61,525 nt of DNA, filler included, from Sphacelaria rigidula (GCA_964200075.2; 5 parts of 5 records of this genome joined end to end with filler, not necessarily neighbours in it), one strand, 5' to 3'; positions 24,779 through 39,425 are shown, counted from the first letter of the whole stretch. Numbers and translations: made by a program. The notes: generated by a model not told the origin, from the sequence alone.

Positions 24779-27700
24779 ACAACATTATCATTATCATACC
24801 AATAAGACAGACAAAAAAATAAAAATAGAAGAGAGAAAAGAAAGTGGCCGGGCTCTGCCACATGGGTTCGGTGAAAAAGGTCTTGCGCAGTACCACATTT
24901 CTGTGCATGGAAACTGCATCGTGGGCTTCAAGTAGACTCTGATGAAAGATCTTCGGTAAGAATTTCCCTGTGCAGCTTGTATTTCAGTTTCATCGGGTGG
25001 AATCTTGCGATGAGAGGAATGATATTGTGCATTCTATGCCACTCTTCTTGTGGAAACCGACAGTCCAGCTGCAATCATTACGGGTTCGACAAACAAAGCG
25101 AAAGTGGTATAGAAAAATCTGAGGGTCGTGGGCACGTAACTGAGCGATAGGTGGAGCGCAAATCGGGCAAGAAGGATTAGGTACAACGATGTCGGACTCT
25201 AAACGTGTCAAGATCTCCAAGAGAGAAGGGGCCCTGGTGAGAGAACTGTGTACACCAATATCCATGCACCCATTCAGTTCTGATTATGGTCATATTTCGT
25301 GTTGTCACGGGCTTGTGAGATGACGCTGGTTGGGGTATGCTATGCTGCAACGGGGAGGGGCGCATACATAAGTTGGAAGATCGTCATTGTACTGACTATA
25401 CTGTCGTGGTTGTTATACTCCTAGTTTGCGTTGTCGGCAGTTGCTCTACTTTTTGCAACCGCCGCATGTGTTACATGAGGGGCTCATTTTTACTTATGCT
25501 GCATGCTATTTCATGTATTTTGCGCCTGCAGTGCCTGCTGCTGTGTTTGCTATTATAGTGTTTCTTTTCAAAAGTATGGAGGCGGTACGTTTGGAGATTA
25601 CCCGCCCAACCATAGCACACCCGGCATTTGATTATGCTGAAACTTGAGGTATGTGCGACCTGAAGTCGCAGGTAGGTGTTGGCACAGCAGTTTCGGCGAC
25701 CGAAGGCGTTTTGTGCGCTGCGTGGCTTGAAAGGATGATTATGCGCCATGTCGCGGTGGTTCCGAAAATTATAAATTTAGAGGTATATCACTTTCTGATG
25801 ACATTTCTAGATGGGAACGATATGAAATCCGCGCGGAGGCAGGGGTAGATCCAGATCTTGCCAGCCTTGTCGTTTAGGTCGGCCGCTTGTCGGTCGAGGC
25901 TGAAAGCAACACCGGAAAAACCACCAGTCAACGTTCGCCGTATGTTAGAGGCAGATGCCCTTGGGTTTTATACGCTGTTTCGAGCAAGACACGACCGTAC
26001 AGCGTAGCCGAAGAGAAGAGTGTCTTCTGCCAAGGACCACTGCGGACCTAATCAGGGAGGGGGCAACGTCTCCCTCGAACCAGTGCCATTGCCAGACTTG
26101 GTGTAGCCGTTACCACGACGGTCTGAAAAAGACAGGGGCTGTTGCTGTAATATTATTACATCAGAATTAACTGGAAATTCGGACGGTGCACGCTCCCACG
26201 TGAATGTCATGGGCTTTCTCTGACAGGCGCATCATCGCCCTTTCGTGGAGTATTTTTAATTCCGCTCGGTTCTAGAATAGGATGGACCTCGGGGATGGAG
26301 TGCAAGTTGCAATTTGAAAATTTTCGACGGATGGATCGCGGGTATTCTAGTCCTGCCGAGGTGTGGTTTCCGTCATACAGCCAGTATTACAGTACTCGTT
26401 GCACTGCCGCTAAGAACACACAGTGTCAACTTCGTCGGGTATTCAGTGTTTACCGTGGCCAGATGCATATCATCCAGTAAACGCTTTCCACTCCGCAGTG
26501 ATATGTATCCTTTCCCGTCTGGCTGCCAAGTGTGACGGCGCAGATCTGTAGCGCCAGGTATCCGTGCTAATGTAGACACCCCTCTTCCAAGGACGCCTGT
26601 CCCTCTAGTCTCGGTATACTTTAGGCGTTGGAGCATATCTGTCTCCAATTGACGCCGCGGATGATGAACTATAATCACCATAAAATGCCTTCCTTCATGA
26701 TATTGAAAAGGGGCAACGCTGCTGCTCTTCAAGAGAGCGCGCAGGTGTTGTACCGTACGATACTGTACAGTTTTGCTGGCAGTCGATCGGCTATCGGTGT
26801 GCACTTTGGCAGGTGTATGAGCAACACCCAACCATGTACTATGTACCTCATAGTCGTTTGTGTGATTGGTGGCTGCGGAGTGGTTGAACGATCATCGGAT
26901 CATCACGGGCTGGTTGCTGCGAGAGAAAAGTTGGGCTGTCCCCTGGTCAGTGCTGTTCCTTACAGTTTTTATTTTTATTTTCACAAGGATTAGGCGTCTA
27001 CACAAAGCGCATCTTGTGTCTGATGATGCCGAAACTTGGAGGGTACGCTGATTGACATCACAGATAGGTGTCAAAGTCACAGCTTCAGTGGCGCAAGACG
27101 CTGAGGGTGCAGCGTGCGCTGAAACGTTGAATACCAGCATTTCGCGTATTTTTTTTGTTGATCCTGCCAGCTGTCATGAATACTCGCCGGGTATCGATCA
27201 ACGCTCGAAGAAGACAACTAAGAAGCACCCTCCAGGCTCCGATATATATCTGAGGGTTAGGGACTCAGCGTTCCGGCTCCAAGCCGCGTGACAGCCCGAC
27301 ATCAAGTTCCTCGCGCGAACAGAGGGTTCTGCGAAGGATCCTTGCTGACGTACCTGGCAAGGGGGCAACGTTCCGTACAGACAGTGCCAGAACTTTTACA
27401 CTGGGCGTCCTGACAGTCTGGTAGCCACGGGGGTGTTAGTTGTGGCATTCTTTTGTAAGTATCAACGTAGAGTACGGCCGTTCCGGGTTTGGACGTGAAT
27501 ATTTTGGTGATTGACCAACTTCCACTTCACCTAGATCTTCCGAAATACTTCTATTTTCAATGCGATTTTCGCATCTAACAAAGTTGCACGTTATGTGATG
27601 ATGTACAAGTCTAGTTCCCCGCCAGACACGGTCAGCAACAGTATCCGTGTACACAAAGTGGCGCCCGCAGCTCTGAAAACTCCGTACCAATTTAGTCATT

Positions 27701-30313
27701 AACTCCCAGACAGGGGCACGTTTTCAGTAGCAACGCTTGCGATCTGTGCGATGAAGTTCATCCTTCGCCATGCTGGGTTCTCCGTCGCCGATCCACGCCT
27801 GCTGCGCCAGTTGTCCATGCTGATTGTGATAACCTGTCTAGCCAGGGTGGTTTCTTTTCTGGGCTCAATACAAGTGATACTGTGGAACATGATTATTTCA
27901 ACTGAAGCACGACAGTCGGTGTAATATCCGTGACTGAAAAGCCTACATATGATGGAAAAGAAACAACACTGTGGTTTCCGTAGAATGTACGCGTCCTTTC
28001 GAAATGCTGTATAGCCTCAACCCAGGAGGAAAAAACAAAGGTTACCATACTTCGCCTTGCAGATAAGGGCTCGGTATGACAGTATTGATACGAACCAGGG
28101 TTTGTATCACAATGCCCCCCTCTGTTTTAATGTTCCGTCTCGTGAGGTATGCGTGGTCAATGATCAAACGACTGGCAAGCATCGAATGAGTTACGCCCGC
28201 TATTCTAGAGCTATGACACCAAAACTACACAGATGCCGATACGTACACTACAAAAATGTTGGCGTACATCTCTTTTAAAGGTTCTTGTCTGCGGTCAAGA
28301 TATTGTAGTCCAGTCATCACTCATGACCTTTTCGCGGCACGGTTGCTTTTCAGAACAATATCGCCGGCTTACCTCAAGCGCAGCGACTTAGTAGCTCCTC
28401 TCTACTTGCGAGCACCATCCCCAGTGACTTCAGACGAAGTATATCGTGACCCTGACTTTGCAATATTGTTCAAGCGAAGCTGTCGTTCTTCGCGTATTTT
28501 TTATGGTCTTGTTGAGGCCCGTCTGGCCAGGTGGGCTTAACCCTTTGCGAAACTACGCCTCCAATCCCCGGATCAGACGCCCCCTTATCTACATAACTCC
28601 GGGGGTGCCAGAAGATAACAAGAAGGAACGATTGCTTTGGAGTAGAACGATATGAGGAGCGCGTACAAAGCACGCACCCCGCTGTGGTCGGGTCCTTCCC
28701 TGTTGAGAAGTAGCACGCTCAGGGTGTGCGTGTCCAATTGCATGTATTGATGCCCACCACTTGTCAGCTTCAAGAAAAGAAATCGTCGGAATGCTTCGAT
28801 TAACTCGGTTACCTATTAATTGTGTAGCACGTTATGTTTGTGGTATGACCACTCAGCGTGGTCACGTCGTGTACCATGCACTATCGGACTGCACTGTCAG
28901 TGGTGTAAGACAACAATTTACACGCAGCAAGCTTTTCACTCTCTGAACTCGCAACACACCTAAAGCTTACCCTGTTGAAAAAGCTGTGGCCTCTTATCAT
29001 CTCTGAAAAAGTGGCGACGGGCTGTGTTGTGCTCTCTACACCCCCAGCGCCATCAGCAAAGTCAGCAGTTCGCTAATTTTCGAATTATGCTGGACATGTT
29101 TCATTTATCAACCGCCGGCTGGTCATGCTGCAAGTGGAATTTTCAGCACTATCTCTGTTGAGAGCTTCGTGTCGTATAGTGCGTATTTTGTGCTGTGCAC
29201 AGATATGAAGCAGCCGTCTGCGGCACGCCCAATACAAGCAAATGAAGCTGGAAGACATATGTGTGTCAAAGAAAAATACATTTGGCACAGCTCACGGCCG
29301 CGGCATGCACGTGGGTACCACGAAGCACCAAATCATCAGCATAAGTACAGTACAGCGCCACTTGTAGGTTGCGTTCACTACTACCGGACAGTTAATTCAA
29401 CTGTACAGTCTTCGCCAAAAAAAAGAAAAAAGTCAACTGCCAAGATTCCCCCCATACAAAAATCATAGGCACCTCATGTATCTTTCGACGGTTCAACAGG
29501 GTTCAGTACTGTATTTTCAGTACAAATCAAGGGTTATTTTGCTTGTGGATTTCTCCGCCGTGTCTGTTTGAACCAGCCTGAAACTTGGCACAGAGGTAGA
29601 CCACAACACAGACAGCATAGTCCCGGAGCGGCGGCACGTTTTACGTGGTGCGCTAGTTAAACGAAGCAAAATACGGATTTTGGGCAATGCCATCGATACG
29701 CCCTCAAAACGCAGTCCCCTCGGCCTAGACTGCGTGAGACGTCAGTGGATGCATATGTTGACACGCAGATACGCTCACTTCCTGCTGGGTGGCTCCTGTC
29801 CCGGCAAACGAACACATCGATCCGTATTGCGCACCTCTGGATGATGTCATTCTACGCGGTACCTATCTTGATATCGCCTGTAGAGGTGCTCACTTCAGGA
29901 GACACGGCCGTGCAAGCGCTATTCGTGCTTTTATGTGCTGAAACTTCGACCACATGTCATGTAGACTACGGACAACAACCCCATCTTGCTAAATCTGGGG
30001 TTGCGTTGTGTGTGCGTGCGTATTGGGGCGAAAAGACTGTGTATCGCTGGGCACTAATAATGGGTGTAGGCTTGAATGAAGATCACTCTTAAGGGTATAC
30101 TGTTGACTGTTTTTGTATCTCTCTGTATCAGGTACTGGTTTACGCTGCACTACGATATGTACAATACAGCAGTCCGGTGGAGCAACACCGGCCTTCATCA
30201 CCGCTCGGGCGCCCGATTCGCTACTTCGCTTGTATCTATCTTGTATGTTGTGTGTTTTTGACCGTGCAAATTGCTCGCTCCCCTACCGCCCGTTGGGCAA
30301 CGTGTCATGGCAG

Positions 30314-33300
30314 ATGGCTCGCTTGGCAGCGAAGGAGCAGGAGGTATACGAAGTCCAGGCGTGTGCCAGAGATCTCTATCGCGCGAGAAGGTACAGTAAC
30401 AGGAATCTACAAGAAGGAGCTACAAGCAGTAACTGTCACATGGTTGTGAATCATGTCCCCTCTACTTCGAAGCCCCTGAAATGCCTCGATGATGACAACT
30501 GTAAATCTCTACATGCTTCACACACCAAGCATTGCCGACGCGAAATCTGCAGCTGGATTGCCAAAACAGAGCCATTTGAAGTTTTTGGCAGCGTACGTGC
30601 TTGCAGTACGTGTACAGCCTAGTCTACTTTTTGCGACGCTTTTGACTTGAGCTTTGTTTTTTTTTACAGGAGGTACTTTTTGTTGCTGACTTTTCTCACC
30701 GTACGTTTCGCTTGACATGGCGGCCTGTTCGTTGACTACATCCACGCAGGCCAGTAACGGATTTTGCGCGGCAAGTCTACACGGACCCTGCTATCAACGT
30801 AGAGTTTCAGCTCATGACGGCGCAGCTCGGGGAGATGTAAGTTGTATGCACTCATGACTGCTGAGCGTGTTCTTCAAGTGCCAGATATGGCTGTGAAAGA
30901 ATCCCGTACGCACTGTCAGAGTCCTGCTTGCTGCACACGCTGCCACATTGCTTTCTAGGCCTGCACAACGCTTCACAGCCCGGCTCATGTATACGCCGCG
31001 CTCTATATGCTGGATGAGTAGTAATGTACCGCCCAATGGCTCCATGCATCGGAGTGAGCATCAGGGGTTGACATAGTTCACGGTGCGGTCACGGTTTCAA
31101 CACACATGATATGATGAGAACAACCTGGAAGCAATCTGCCTTCGGTGGCAGTCAATCCGTCTTGGCTGATAATATCCTATGTGCGCCGTGAAGTGCTAGT
31201 GCAACGCCGTTTTTTTTCATGTCTTGTATTTATTATACTGTCGCAGGGAAAACTCGCTGAGGCTCAAGGACACGGAGCTGAAAGAACTCCGGGCCTCGGT
31301 TGAAAAGGCGAGTGGATGCAAAATGGATGGCATCACTCATGTATAGTAGTACAACGCTGCGATAGCTTTTGGAAGAACAGTAGGTGCAACAGAGTTGGTT
31401 GGCCGAGGGCATGAGTTGGAAACCGTCAAACACGACTTGTCTTCCGGCCACCAGTTTCCCGTGCAAGTGTGTTGTCTGCTCCTGCCGACTGCGGTGCACT
31501 CGTGACGACAAAAAAAGTGTGGTTCCATGAAAAATGTGTTCTGATTTAAGTTGTTCGGGAGTAAAATTAGATGCATTGACCGAGCAGACCGTCCGTGAAA
31601 ACGCATACGGGATCGCGCGGGAAACATTTCCTGACTTTGTCCCGTTGAGAATCAAGGCAAGACAACCAATCTTCGTCGGCCGAATGGCATTGCAATTTTA
31701 GAATAACACGCGTAGTTCGCTTACTCTTTCGTTTGTCCCCCTTCATCGTATTTATCCAACGAGTGTTCTGTTAAGTTACGTGTGGGTAGGGAATGTCTGT
31801 TGCCTCGGCTGTACTCATATTACTCGTGTAGCGGATGAGTTCATGTGCAACAATCAATCAAGCAGTAGGATCAATGGATCACTGTGTAGTGTACTTCGCG
31901 TACCCTATATGATATTTCGTGCGTTGTGTGTACAGGACAAAGCATCTGCAGGAACGGCGGGCGATGTAAACTCGGGTGGCAAAGGGAAGGAAGCGGGGGA
32001 TACGGCCGGGGCAGCGGGTGAGAGCAAGGTGGCCAGAGCTTCTGCCTTGGTGCTAAGGTGTCAAAAGCTGGAGCAGGAAAATGAAGAGCTTGCTGCCTCT
32101 GCCGATGTTGCCAAAGGTGTTGGTTTGTTCGTTGGGTGTGTTGCTTGTGCTGTCCAAGGTGTTCTAATTGCAGACGTTTGGGTTCATTACTTTGGGTTGA
32201 GGGATGTTACTGGTGCCAGATCTGTGCGCAGATTGCATATATTTTACCGCGCTACTATACCATTGTACGATGATGGTGAGGTGGTGATTTGATTTGTTGT
32301 CGCGCGTTGACTGATTCGTTTCGATCCCTGTCGTCATGACAAGGCAGACGCATTAAACAAAATGTGATGGCTTGACCCTTCTGAAGGCAACGCGGGTTAG
32401 GGAACGGTGCACCGTTGGTCAAGTTCCATCTCCAGTTTTTTGGCGGGCCACTCCGTGTATCGTATTCAGAACCTTTGATGGCCCTTTTGCACATCAGCAA
32501 GGGACCCTACCAACTGCAGGCCGTGACCCCCCGCTTCCTCAGAGGCTGTCGAGAATGAGGGGAAAAAAGGGATGTCAGAACTCGCATTCTTCTTTTTTCT
32601 CCACCAGTGTACCCGATTGAGCAATGCCTTCAACACCCCGCGATCGCCCGTGCACGAGCAGCTCCAAACCGAGGAGTTTTTTGTATCTTCATTCTCTCTA
32701 GGTTTCCGGCCGCGGGATTATGACTTGCTAGTCGCATGGTGGATCAAGAAACGCACCGCATGCTGCAACAAGGCTTGAATTGTCTGGTTACCCATTTTCA
32801 CCGCCAGGACGGGCCATCCGTTGAATCGGCATTATTTTTTTCATCAGTGGGACCACTCAGATCGCCCATCCTGGGGGTCGAAGGGCTAATCAGTAAGATA
32901 AGACCAAATGAAATTGTGCAGTACCGTACTTTTGTTGATTGTTTTCCCAGTGGTACTCGACAGGCTTTCAGAAGTCATAATGGTCGCATAGACGCTGTAT
33001 CCTCTCTTTTATTTAGTGGGAGATGCAGTACTGTTGTTGCGAAGTGCTCACCACACTTTCGCAATTTCGTGGCTTACGGTGTCTTTACCACGTTGCGCGT
33101 GTCATTTTCCAACCTGTCACACAACCGGTGCCACAACAACGCTTGACTCGTTAGTGGCGCAACTGACGAGTGAAAAGGCTGTGGCGGAAGCGTATGCAGG
33201 AGAGCTAAAAATTGCCCTCGAAGAAGCGTACGAGTACATCGAGCAACTGGAGGAGGAGAGGTGACCCTTGACACAAAGGAGAAAATCTTAACAATCTCGG

Positions 33301-34887
33301 AACTGTTTTTTGGTGTGACGTTTCCATCAGCTAGTGATGTGTTCAGTTGTCTACAATTGTTCTGTCTTTTTTTTCTTCTTACTACTCTCTGCGTAGTAAC
33401 GCGTAAACCAGTCTACTATTCAGTCGTACTGTACCATGCAAGGCTGCACGGCACCGTACCGCTACATCCTGTCGTGTATGTGTGTACGAAGTATATACAT
33501 ATTCGTCATACCGAGTCCGTAGTCTCCAAACAACAGCCAATCTCTCCTTCGGTACATGCCTGACACTTTGGTATCGAACATTGGATCATGACCACCACTC
33601 TCGCACCACGTCGAGTGGCGTCAGATTTTATCGCTGATTTGCTGTTCATGCAACCTTTCCAACGACCGGAATCAGATACTTCGTACTTCTCAGGGAAAAG
33701 CCGCACCTGCCGAGATTCGAATCCCCAATATTCCGCCGAAAATGACTCGAGATGAACCAGTCCCCCCCCCGGAGCGAGGCGGCACAGTAGCTGTACTTGT
33801 CATTACCCATCCCTTTGCGTATAGCCTTGTTTGCTCTACGATGGTCCAGCGTGCGATACAGAGTAAAGCCAGCAGCAAACTGATTTTTCAATGGGCTGTA
33901 CGTTCTCTTGTGCGTCTTTTCTCATGCTACAGGGAGGTGAACAGCAACAAGGTCTACGCTCTCGAGGAAGCCCTGCGTGCTGCATCAACGAACCAGTCTA
34001 CTTTCCAGGAACATGAGTACAACGACGCGCCTTCCAGTGCTCGCCAGGATGAAGCCGACACTGCCGACCCAGAGGGGAAAGAAGAACAGCAGGGTATGCA
34101 CCATCGGATGCAGCAGCCTGACGAGTGGAATGAATTAGAAGAGCAACAACAGCAGCACCAACAACACCTTCCACAGAACCAACAGCAACATGAGCAACAT
34201 GAGCAAGAGCAGCAACACCGAGAGCATCATCGCAGAGAGCATCAACACGAGCAAGAGCAGCAGGATCAGCAAGAGCAACAGCATCAACAAGACCAGCGAC
34301 ACCAACACTATCAAGAGCAGCAACATCAACAGCAACAGCACCACCACGAGCAGCATCAACAACAGCAACATCACCATCATCAACGGGACCACTTTGAGGA
34401 AAGCAGCATGGGTCTCGACGAACGCGATGGTGCACCCATTCCACACGATAACAGTGGACGTATGGATAGCTTCGGTGAAGACATGGGGATAAACCAGCAA
34501 ACGGAGGACCACAACATGGACAGCGGCAGTAATACCGCACCTCCACCTCCACCACCACCTGAACCACAGCACCAGCAACAACATCAACCGCAACTGCAGC
34601 CGTCGGTCGAGGATATGGATGATCTGTATGGCGACATGATGCCGGAATTCGGGGGGGGTGGGGAGGATGCCGAAAAGCCACTGCAGGAGTCAGTCGGAGA
34701 CAGAAATAATGAAGGGCAAGAGCAAGACGCTGGGGCCATCGAACAGTCAGGGGCAGGAGATGGCTCAGGAGACCCTATGGATGAAGACCAAGAGGATGCG
34801 CGGCAGCCGGAACCCGTCGTTGCTAAGACTGAGAGGACGCCTCCGAAGAGGACGCAGCCTAGGAGACGAAGCACTAGGCGGCGATAG
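30314..34887 (+). CDS. WTAP: WTAP/FIP37/Mum2-family m6A methyltransferase complex subunit with Q/H/E-rich low-complexity C-terminus
   Basis: Phase-consistent exons: 30314-30390 (MARLAAKEQE), 30750-30836 (ARQVYTDPAINVEF), 31247-31307 (GC donor), 31936-32116 (LVLRCQKLEQENEELA), 33155-33260 (VAQLTSEKAVAEAYAGELK..YEYIEQLEEE), 33933-34887 (stop). The motifs match WTAP RLATKEQE / DPAIN / KCRMLIQENQELG in order. Further 5' exons are possible because the ATG follows an acceptor-like cag. Confidence 0.85.
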
Positions 34888-36770
34888 CTATGCTCCGTTC
34901 AGGGTAGGGTCACGGTCAAGGAAAAGTTTTTGGTTGTCCCCCCCAAAAGTAATGAAATCTGATTGACCAATAACAGGACTCAAAAAAATCTGATTGACCA
35001 ATATTCGTTGGTCAACGGCTGATGCTAACCATGACCATTTGAAGCGGAAGAACTTTTTTAACGTGGATGACGGCATGCGGTAGTATTTGGCGGGGGGAGG
35101 AGGGGGGCCGGGGCGGGACCGGGGGGGGGGGAGAGGAGACCCGGACACGTACGAGCCGAACGTCGAGCATGACGTCAATGAATGAAGTGCCACACAGCTT
35201 TAGGACTCGTCGGCAAAATTGGCCGGTTATTGTGATTGATAGAGGAAGTCCTGCATGTGTGGTATCCTTGGACAATTTTGAAGGCAAGAAGAGGGTACCA
35301 GGTTTCTGCAGTGTGATCGGATGTAATGTTTCCCGCGCTGTGCATGCGAACAAAGGGTGCTTGCTCTGCTTTTACTGTCCATTCATCTGCTGACGGCGGT
35401 AGCTTTGCTGGTTGAGGGTAAGGCAGGGTAGAGATAAACGGCGGGCAAGGGTGGCTCAGTGACTCGCAGCACTAGCGTGCCCGTTTTCAGCAGGGACCAA
35501 GTGCCCAAAGTCTTCTGATTGGTCCATTTCTTTCTGAGAAGAAAGTCACTCGGTTGGACGGAAGTTTCCACACGTGATGATCATTATATATCAGATGGGA
35601 TGACGTTTTGTGGACACTTTCGTAGCTGAAACCTGGGGAAATTTGTCGGGAACAAGATCGGTTTCTAGTTGAGCAAGCACACTCTCGAATATCGGGTAGT
35701 TTGCATGTCGGCCATCATAGCGTTGGTTGACTCGAGGGGCATCGGTACGTTCGCCAGGGTCCTTCCGCTAGGATGGCTTTACGAAGGTGCTGAACTGCTA
35801 TACGGTAGGTCGGTAGTGAGCGATTCGGGCCATCGTGATATTGCCGCTAGTGGTGAGGTCGTTGTGTACGTGAAGTATGCGCAGCGAGTGATGATATCTC
35901 TCAACACGCTACAGCTGAGAAATGTCTTGTAATTGTTTTTTCGTTACCGTTTGAAGTATCGATGGCGATGCACCCACGCCGGCATGGTTATCCCCGGATT
36001 CAAGGATTCGGTTCTAGTAATGAGACTGCACTACAATGAATACTGCTGATTATGGAGGACGTCGTGTAGGACACAAAAATGATGATCGCGCGCCGTGATG
36101 CGTGGGATGGGTTCGATTTGTGAGCCAAAAAAATTAATTGTTATTTATTGGACAAATGAGGGTGTCGGCCTGGGGTGAGAAGAAGAGTGTTGGAACAACC
36201 ATGCAGGTAGTATCGCCGTCACTTCATTCCAGCTAGCGATGAGGGAGCGGGAGTACTGTCCCAACGCGTGATGTGGTACACGGCGGGCATGCAGCTACTA
36301 ACCAAGCCTTTACATTCCCAGCCTTGGACATCTTGGCTGCCAGTAAGTTGTGAGATTCATTATCCATTGGATCCTAGATAGAAATGCGACTTCAAAATGG
36401 GAGACTGGTAAAATGAAATTGTTTGATAGAATTTATTTGATGATCGATTGTATCATTTTGCGCAACTCTTCGACCGCGACCTTACGACATATTTAGAATC
36501 AGCATCAATTTTAGTTGAAAAATTAGTACATGGCCAGATGACCCACCCTCGCCATCAAAGGATCATTCTGCTACAAAAATAGTGATTCAGCAAATCATTG
36601 ACACATGATTAAACATTGTTTCAGTGAGATTGAGAGTTCAGGATACGATTAACAATGCTTTCGTGAGATTGAGAGTAGAGGATGCGATTGAGAGTGAATG
36701 GCAGTCAATTAGTGAATGATTCATTTCAGTGCCGAAATGCCCCTCCACGAGGCCCAGTATGCTCTCTAAA

Positions 36771-36879
36771 GCCGGTCGTCCTCGTGGCTCAGATGGTAAC
36801 CTCGAAACCTTCTGATGGTTGAGTAGTGAGGTTCAATTCCTGGAGCGATCTGGGATTTTTTCTCACAACATGCCCAACA
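36771..36879 (+). mobile_element. SINE family 1 head (cut by a gap)
   Basis: GTGGCTCAGATGGTAACCTCGAAACC..GGTTCAATTCC. Confidence 0.8.
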
Positions 36880-36979
36880 NNNNNNNNNNNNNNNNNNNNN
36901 NNNNNNNNNNNNNNNNNNNNNNNTTAATTAATTAANNNNNNNNNNNNNNNNNNNNNNNNNNNNNNNNNNNNNNNNNNNN

Positions 36980-37060
36980 GCGTTGGAGGGATGCTAGGTC
37001 AATGGTCTGATTACTATGGCATGCATGATCATGAGTACACCCCCTCCCCCCTCCCCCCCG
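36980..37060 (+). mobile_element. C-tailed retroelement 3' terminus, subfamily A
   Basis: GGGATGCTAGGTCAATGGTCTGATTACTATGGCATGCATGATCATGAGTACA followed by a C-run. Confidence 0.8.
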
Positions 37061-37211
37061 CGAATTTTGCTTAAAAGTTTGAAAATCCCCCGCGATTTCC
37101 GATTTTTCAGCTAGTGGTGGCCCGCAAAGTGCAAGAGACGGACAGGAATACTTCGGCCAAACTATTAAAGCATCACCTGAAGACTGCATATCAGTTCCGA
37201 AGTTTATTGCT

Positions 37212-37213
37212 AA

Positions 37214-37244
<31 letters not shown>
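37212..37244. repeat. (GCAC)n microsatellite
   Basis: About 8 perfect units. Confidence 0.9.
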
Positions 37245-37329
37245 CGCTATTTCATACAAGACATACCAGTATCGACTTATAACGCTAACAAAAATGTCCG
37301 TCGCGGGACAGAAGAGAGCTGACTTGGTT

Positions 37330-38900
37330 GAAGTGCATTTTTAAAAATGCGAAGTGGTGGATTATGATGAGGTCATCGGGCTGCGGGAGACATATAGAGC
37401 AGGAGCATCCAACTTCGCTGCCCCGGGATAGCGTGTGTTATGTTGCGGGGCGGAAGGGGGCAAGGAAGTGCCGTGTACGACAGAAAGTTGGGTCGGCGGT
37501 CAAGGGGTCAATCATCAGCCAGGCTACGTGGACGCAGGCGTTCATCGGCCTGCGCCTCATGTTGATTACTTTCATCCTAGCAGGAAAACCAATCGCGGTC
37601 GCGCTTTGTAGTTGCTGTTGCCGATGCCCTTATAGACAGATCCAAGTCTGCAGCAAGAGGGGGGTATTCGGCTGGACTCAGCTAGGGCAGCACTGTAAGC
37701 CGAATTCATCACAAACGGCGGCGTTTTCGGGGCGAAAGGTGCAAACGTCAGGGCTGGGGGGAGAGTAGGATCGTACAATTCGGGGCGTACAGGAGGTCAC
37801 CCCGGACCATCGACAGCAATCTTATCGCACTGCTACGACTCGCAAGTGGCAAGGAGTTTGCCCTGGTCATTAATAGTGGTTCGTTTGCCATCGGGAGAGG
37901 CACGTCGCGCACGCTCAACGGTATATTGCAAGCCGTCCTGCGGGCAAGAAACGCGTTGACGAAACACCTCATCATACGGCGAGCCTAGCGCTGGGTTTGT
38001 CGAATTGCCGCTGTACATCCGCAAACTGCCGAGCTCGCTGAATTCGAACCGCACCGTCGTGTACGCCGCGGTGCGACTCCTTGACTCACTCGCGCGCAAC
38101 CAACATGGGCGAAGCGAACCCCCCACCGGGCGCAAAGTCACAATTGGACGAGCATTCATAGACGAGCATATGACGTCTGACATACGTAGGCAGACGTGAG
38201 CGGTTCATGCAGGTGTTTATCAGCGGACTCACGTAGGGCAAAACCGGAAACGCCGTCGCTGAGCTGGCTGCTGACGTTGCCGGCACACTACTGAGATCTG
38301 ACGAGAAAATGATGCCATGATCGACTCCACCGCCCGGTGAAGGGGGTACGTTGAAGGCTGCTCCGATCCGAGACAAGTTCGAAGAGGCCGGGAATGAGAT
38401 GGAAGGGCGGGGGGCAGCAGTGCGGATACGGCCGACATAAAACCTCCGCACGACGAAATTTGTGAAGAGCGTGCGGCGAGCCTCAAGGAGGTGATCGAGG
38501 CTAGCTTAGGTAGGTACCCGGACGTACATGCGGGGAAACTGGAGCAGTATATAGGGTTGAGGACACGTCAGGCTGGTACAGGCATCTTGAACGAGGAGGA
38601 AGGTTAGCGGAGAGGAAGCAAGAGAGCGAGCAGTACACATCGATGACGAGAAGGGGATACAGTCACAGCTGAGGGAAGAGATCCGGGGCGAGTGGGACCA
38701 GCACTTCTCTACTCTGCTGAATACGACATCAGTTACTCTCGATCCGCGCGACATGGACAGTATCACACCGGTGCCAACAGCTACGTCGCTTTTGGATACC
38801 CGGCCAGTCCCAGATAGAACAGAAGAGGCGCCGGGAGCTGTAACTCACGGCAAGCTTGGGTTGGTCGGAAAGGCTTCGATCTTCGGAGGGATCCCTAGAT
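37330..38900 (+). mobile_element. Heavily decayed RTE-like LINE fragment
   Basis: Broken frames give KVGSAVKGSII..LRLMLITF (endonuclease-like) and EEIRGEWDQHFSTLLN..LDTRPVPDRTEEAPGAVTHGK (the RTE pre-RT region W.EHF..LLN / K.GKA.G). Confidence 0.65.
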
Positions 38901-39425
38901 CGGAGGAGACTTGGCGAGGCCAAGGCCTCCGCCAGTCTGACCTACGTCACGAACAAGACATGTGACGTTGTGACGGTCGCCGATAGGATCGCTACTACCG
39001 CTGACACCATGACGGCAGCAACAGCCCGCGAGAGGCTAAATATGAAAATAGGCGAGAGGGTCGTGCCGTCGGTACCGACCAGGAATGGTGGGAGGAGGGC
39101 GCGCGCGCGGGGAGGGGGGGGAGGGTAACACGTACCTTGGTACCCCTGCCTTATCCTATCGTATGTTGCTTTGTCTTGGGCTGACACAAAAAGCACATGT
39201 GTCGCGTTGAAAAGCTGCCAAACGAACTGTCGACGCCACTGATACCATGATGGCAACAAAAGCTTAAAAAAAACCGAGATGGGAATGATGGAGAGAGGGG
39301 CCCGCCATGCATGTGACCGGCGACGGCCAGAGGAAGGGAGCGGGGTGGATTGCCCCTCTTATCCCGTCGGCTGCTGCCTTACACCCTTTGATTTTGGACT
39401 CTGGCGATGTTGCCTAGCTCTATTT

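Noticed and set aside
33998-34681. Antisense and alternative-frame ORFs over the WTAP tail and the giant C2 exon
   Set aside because: Shadows of stop-poor or low-complexity coding sequence.
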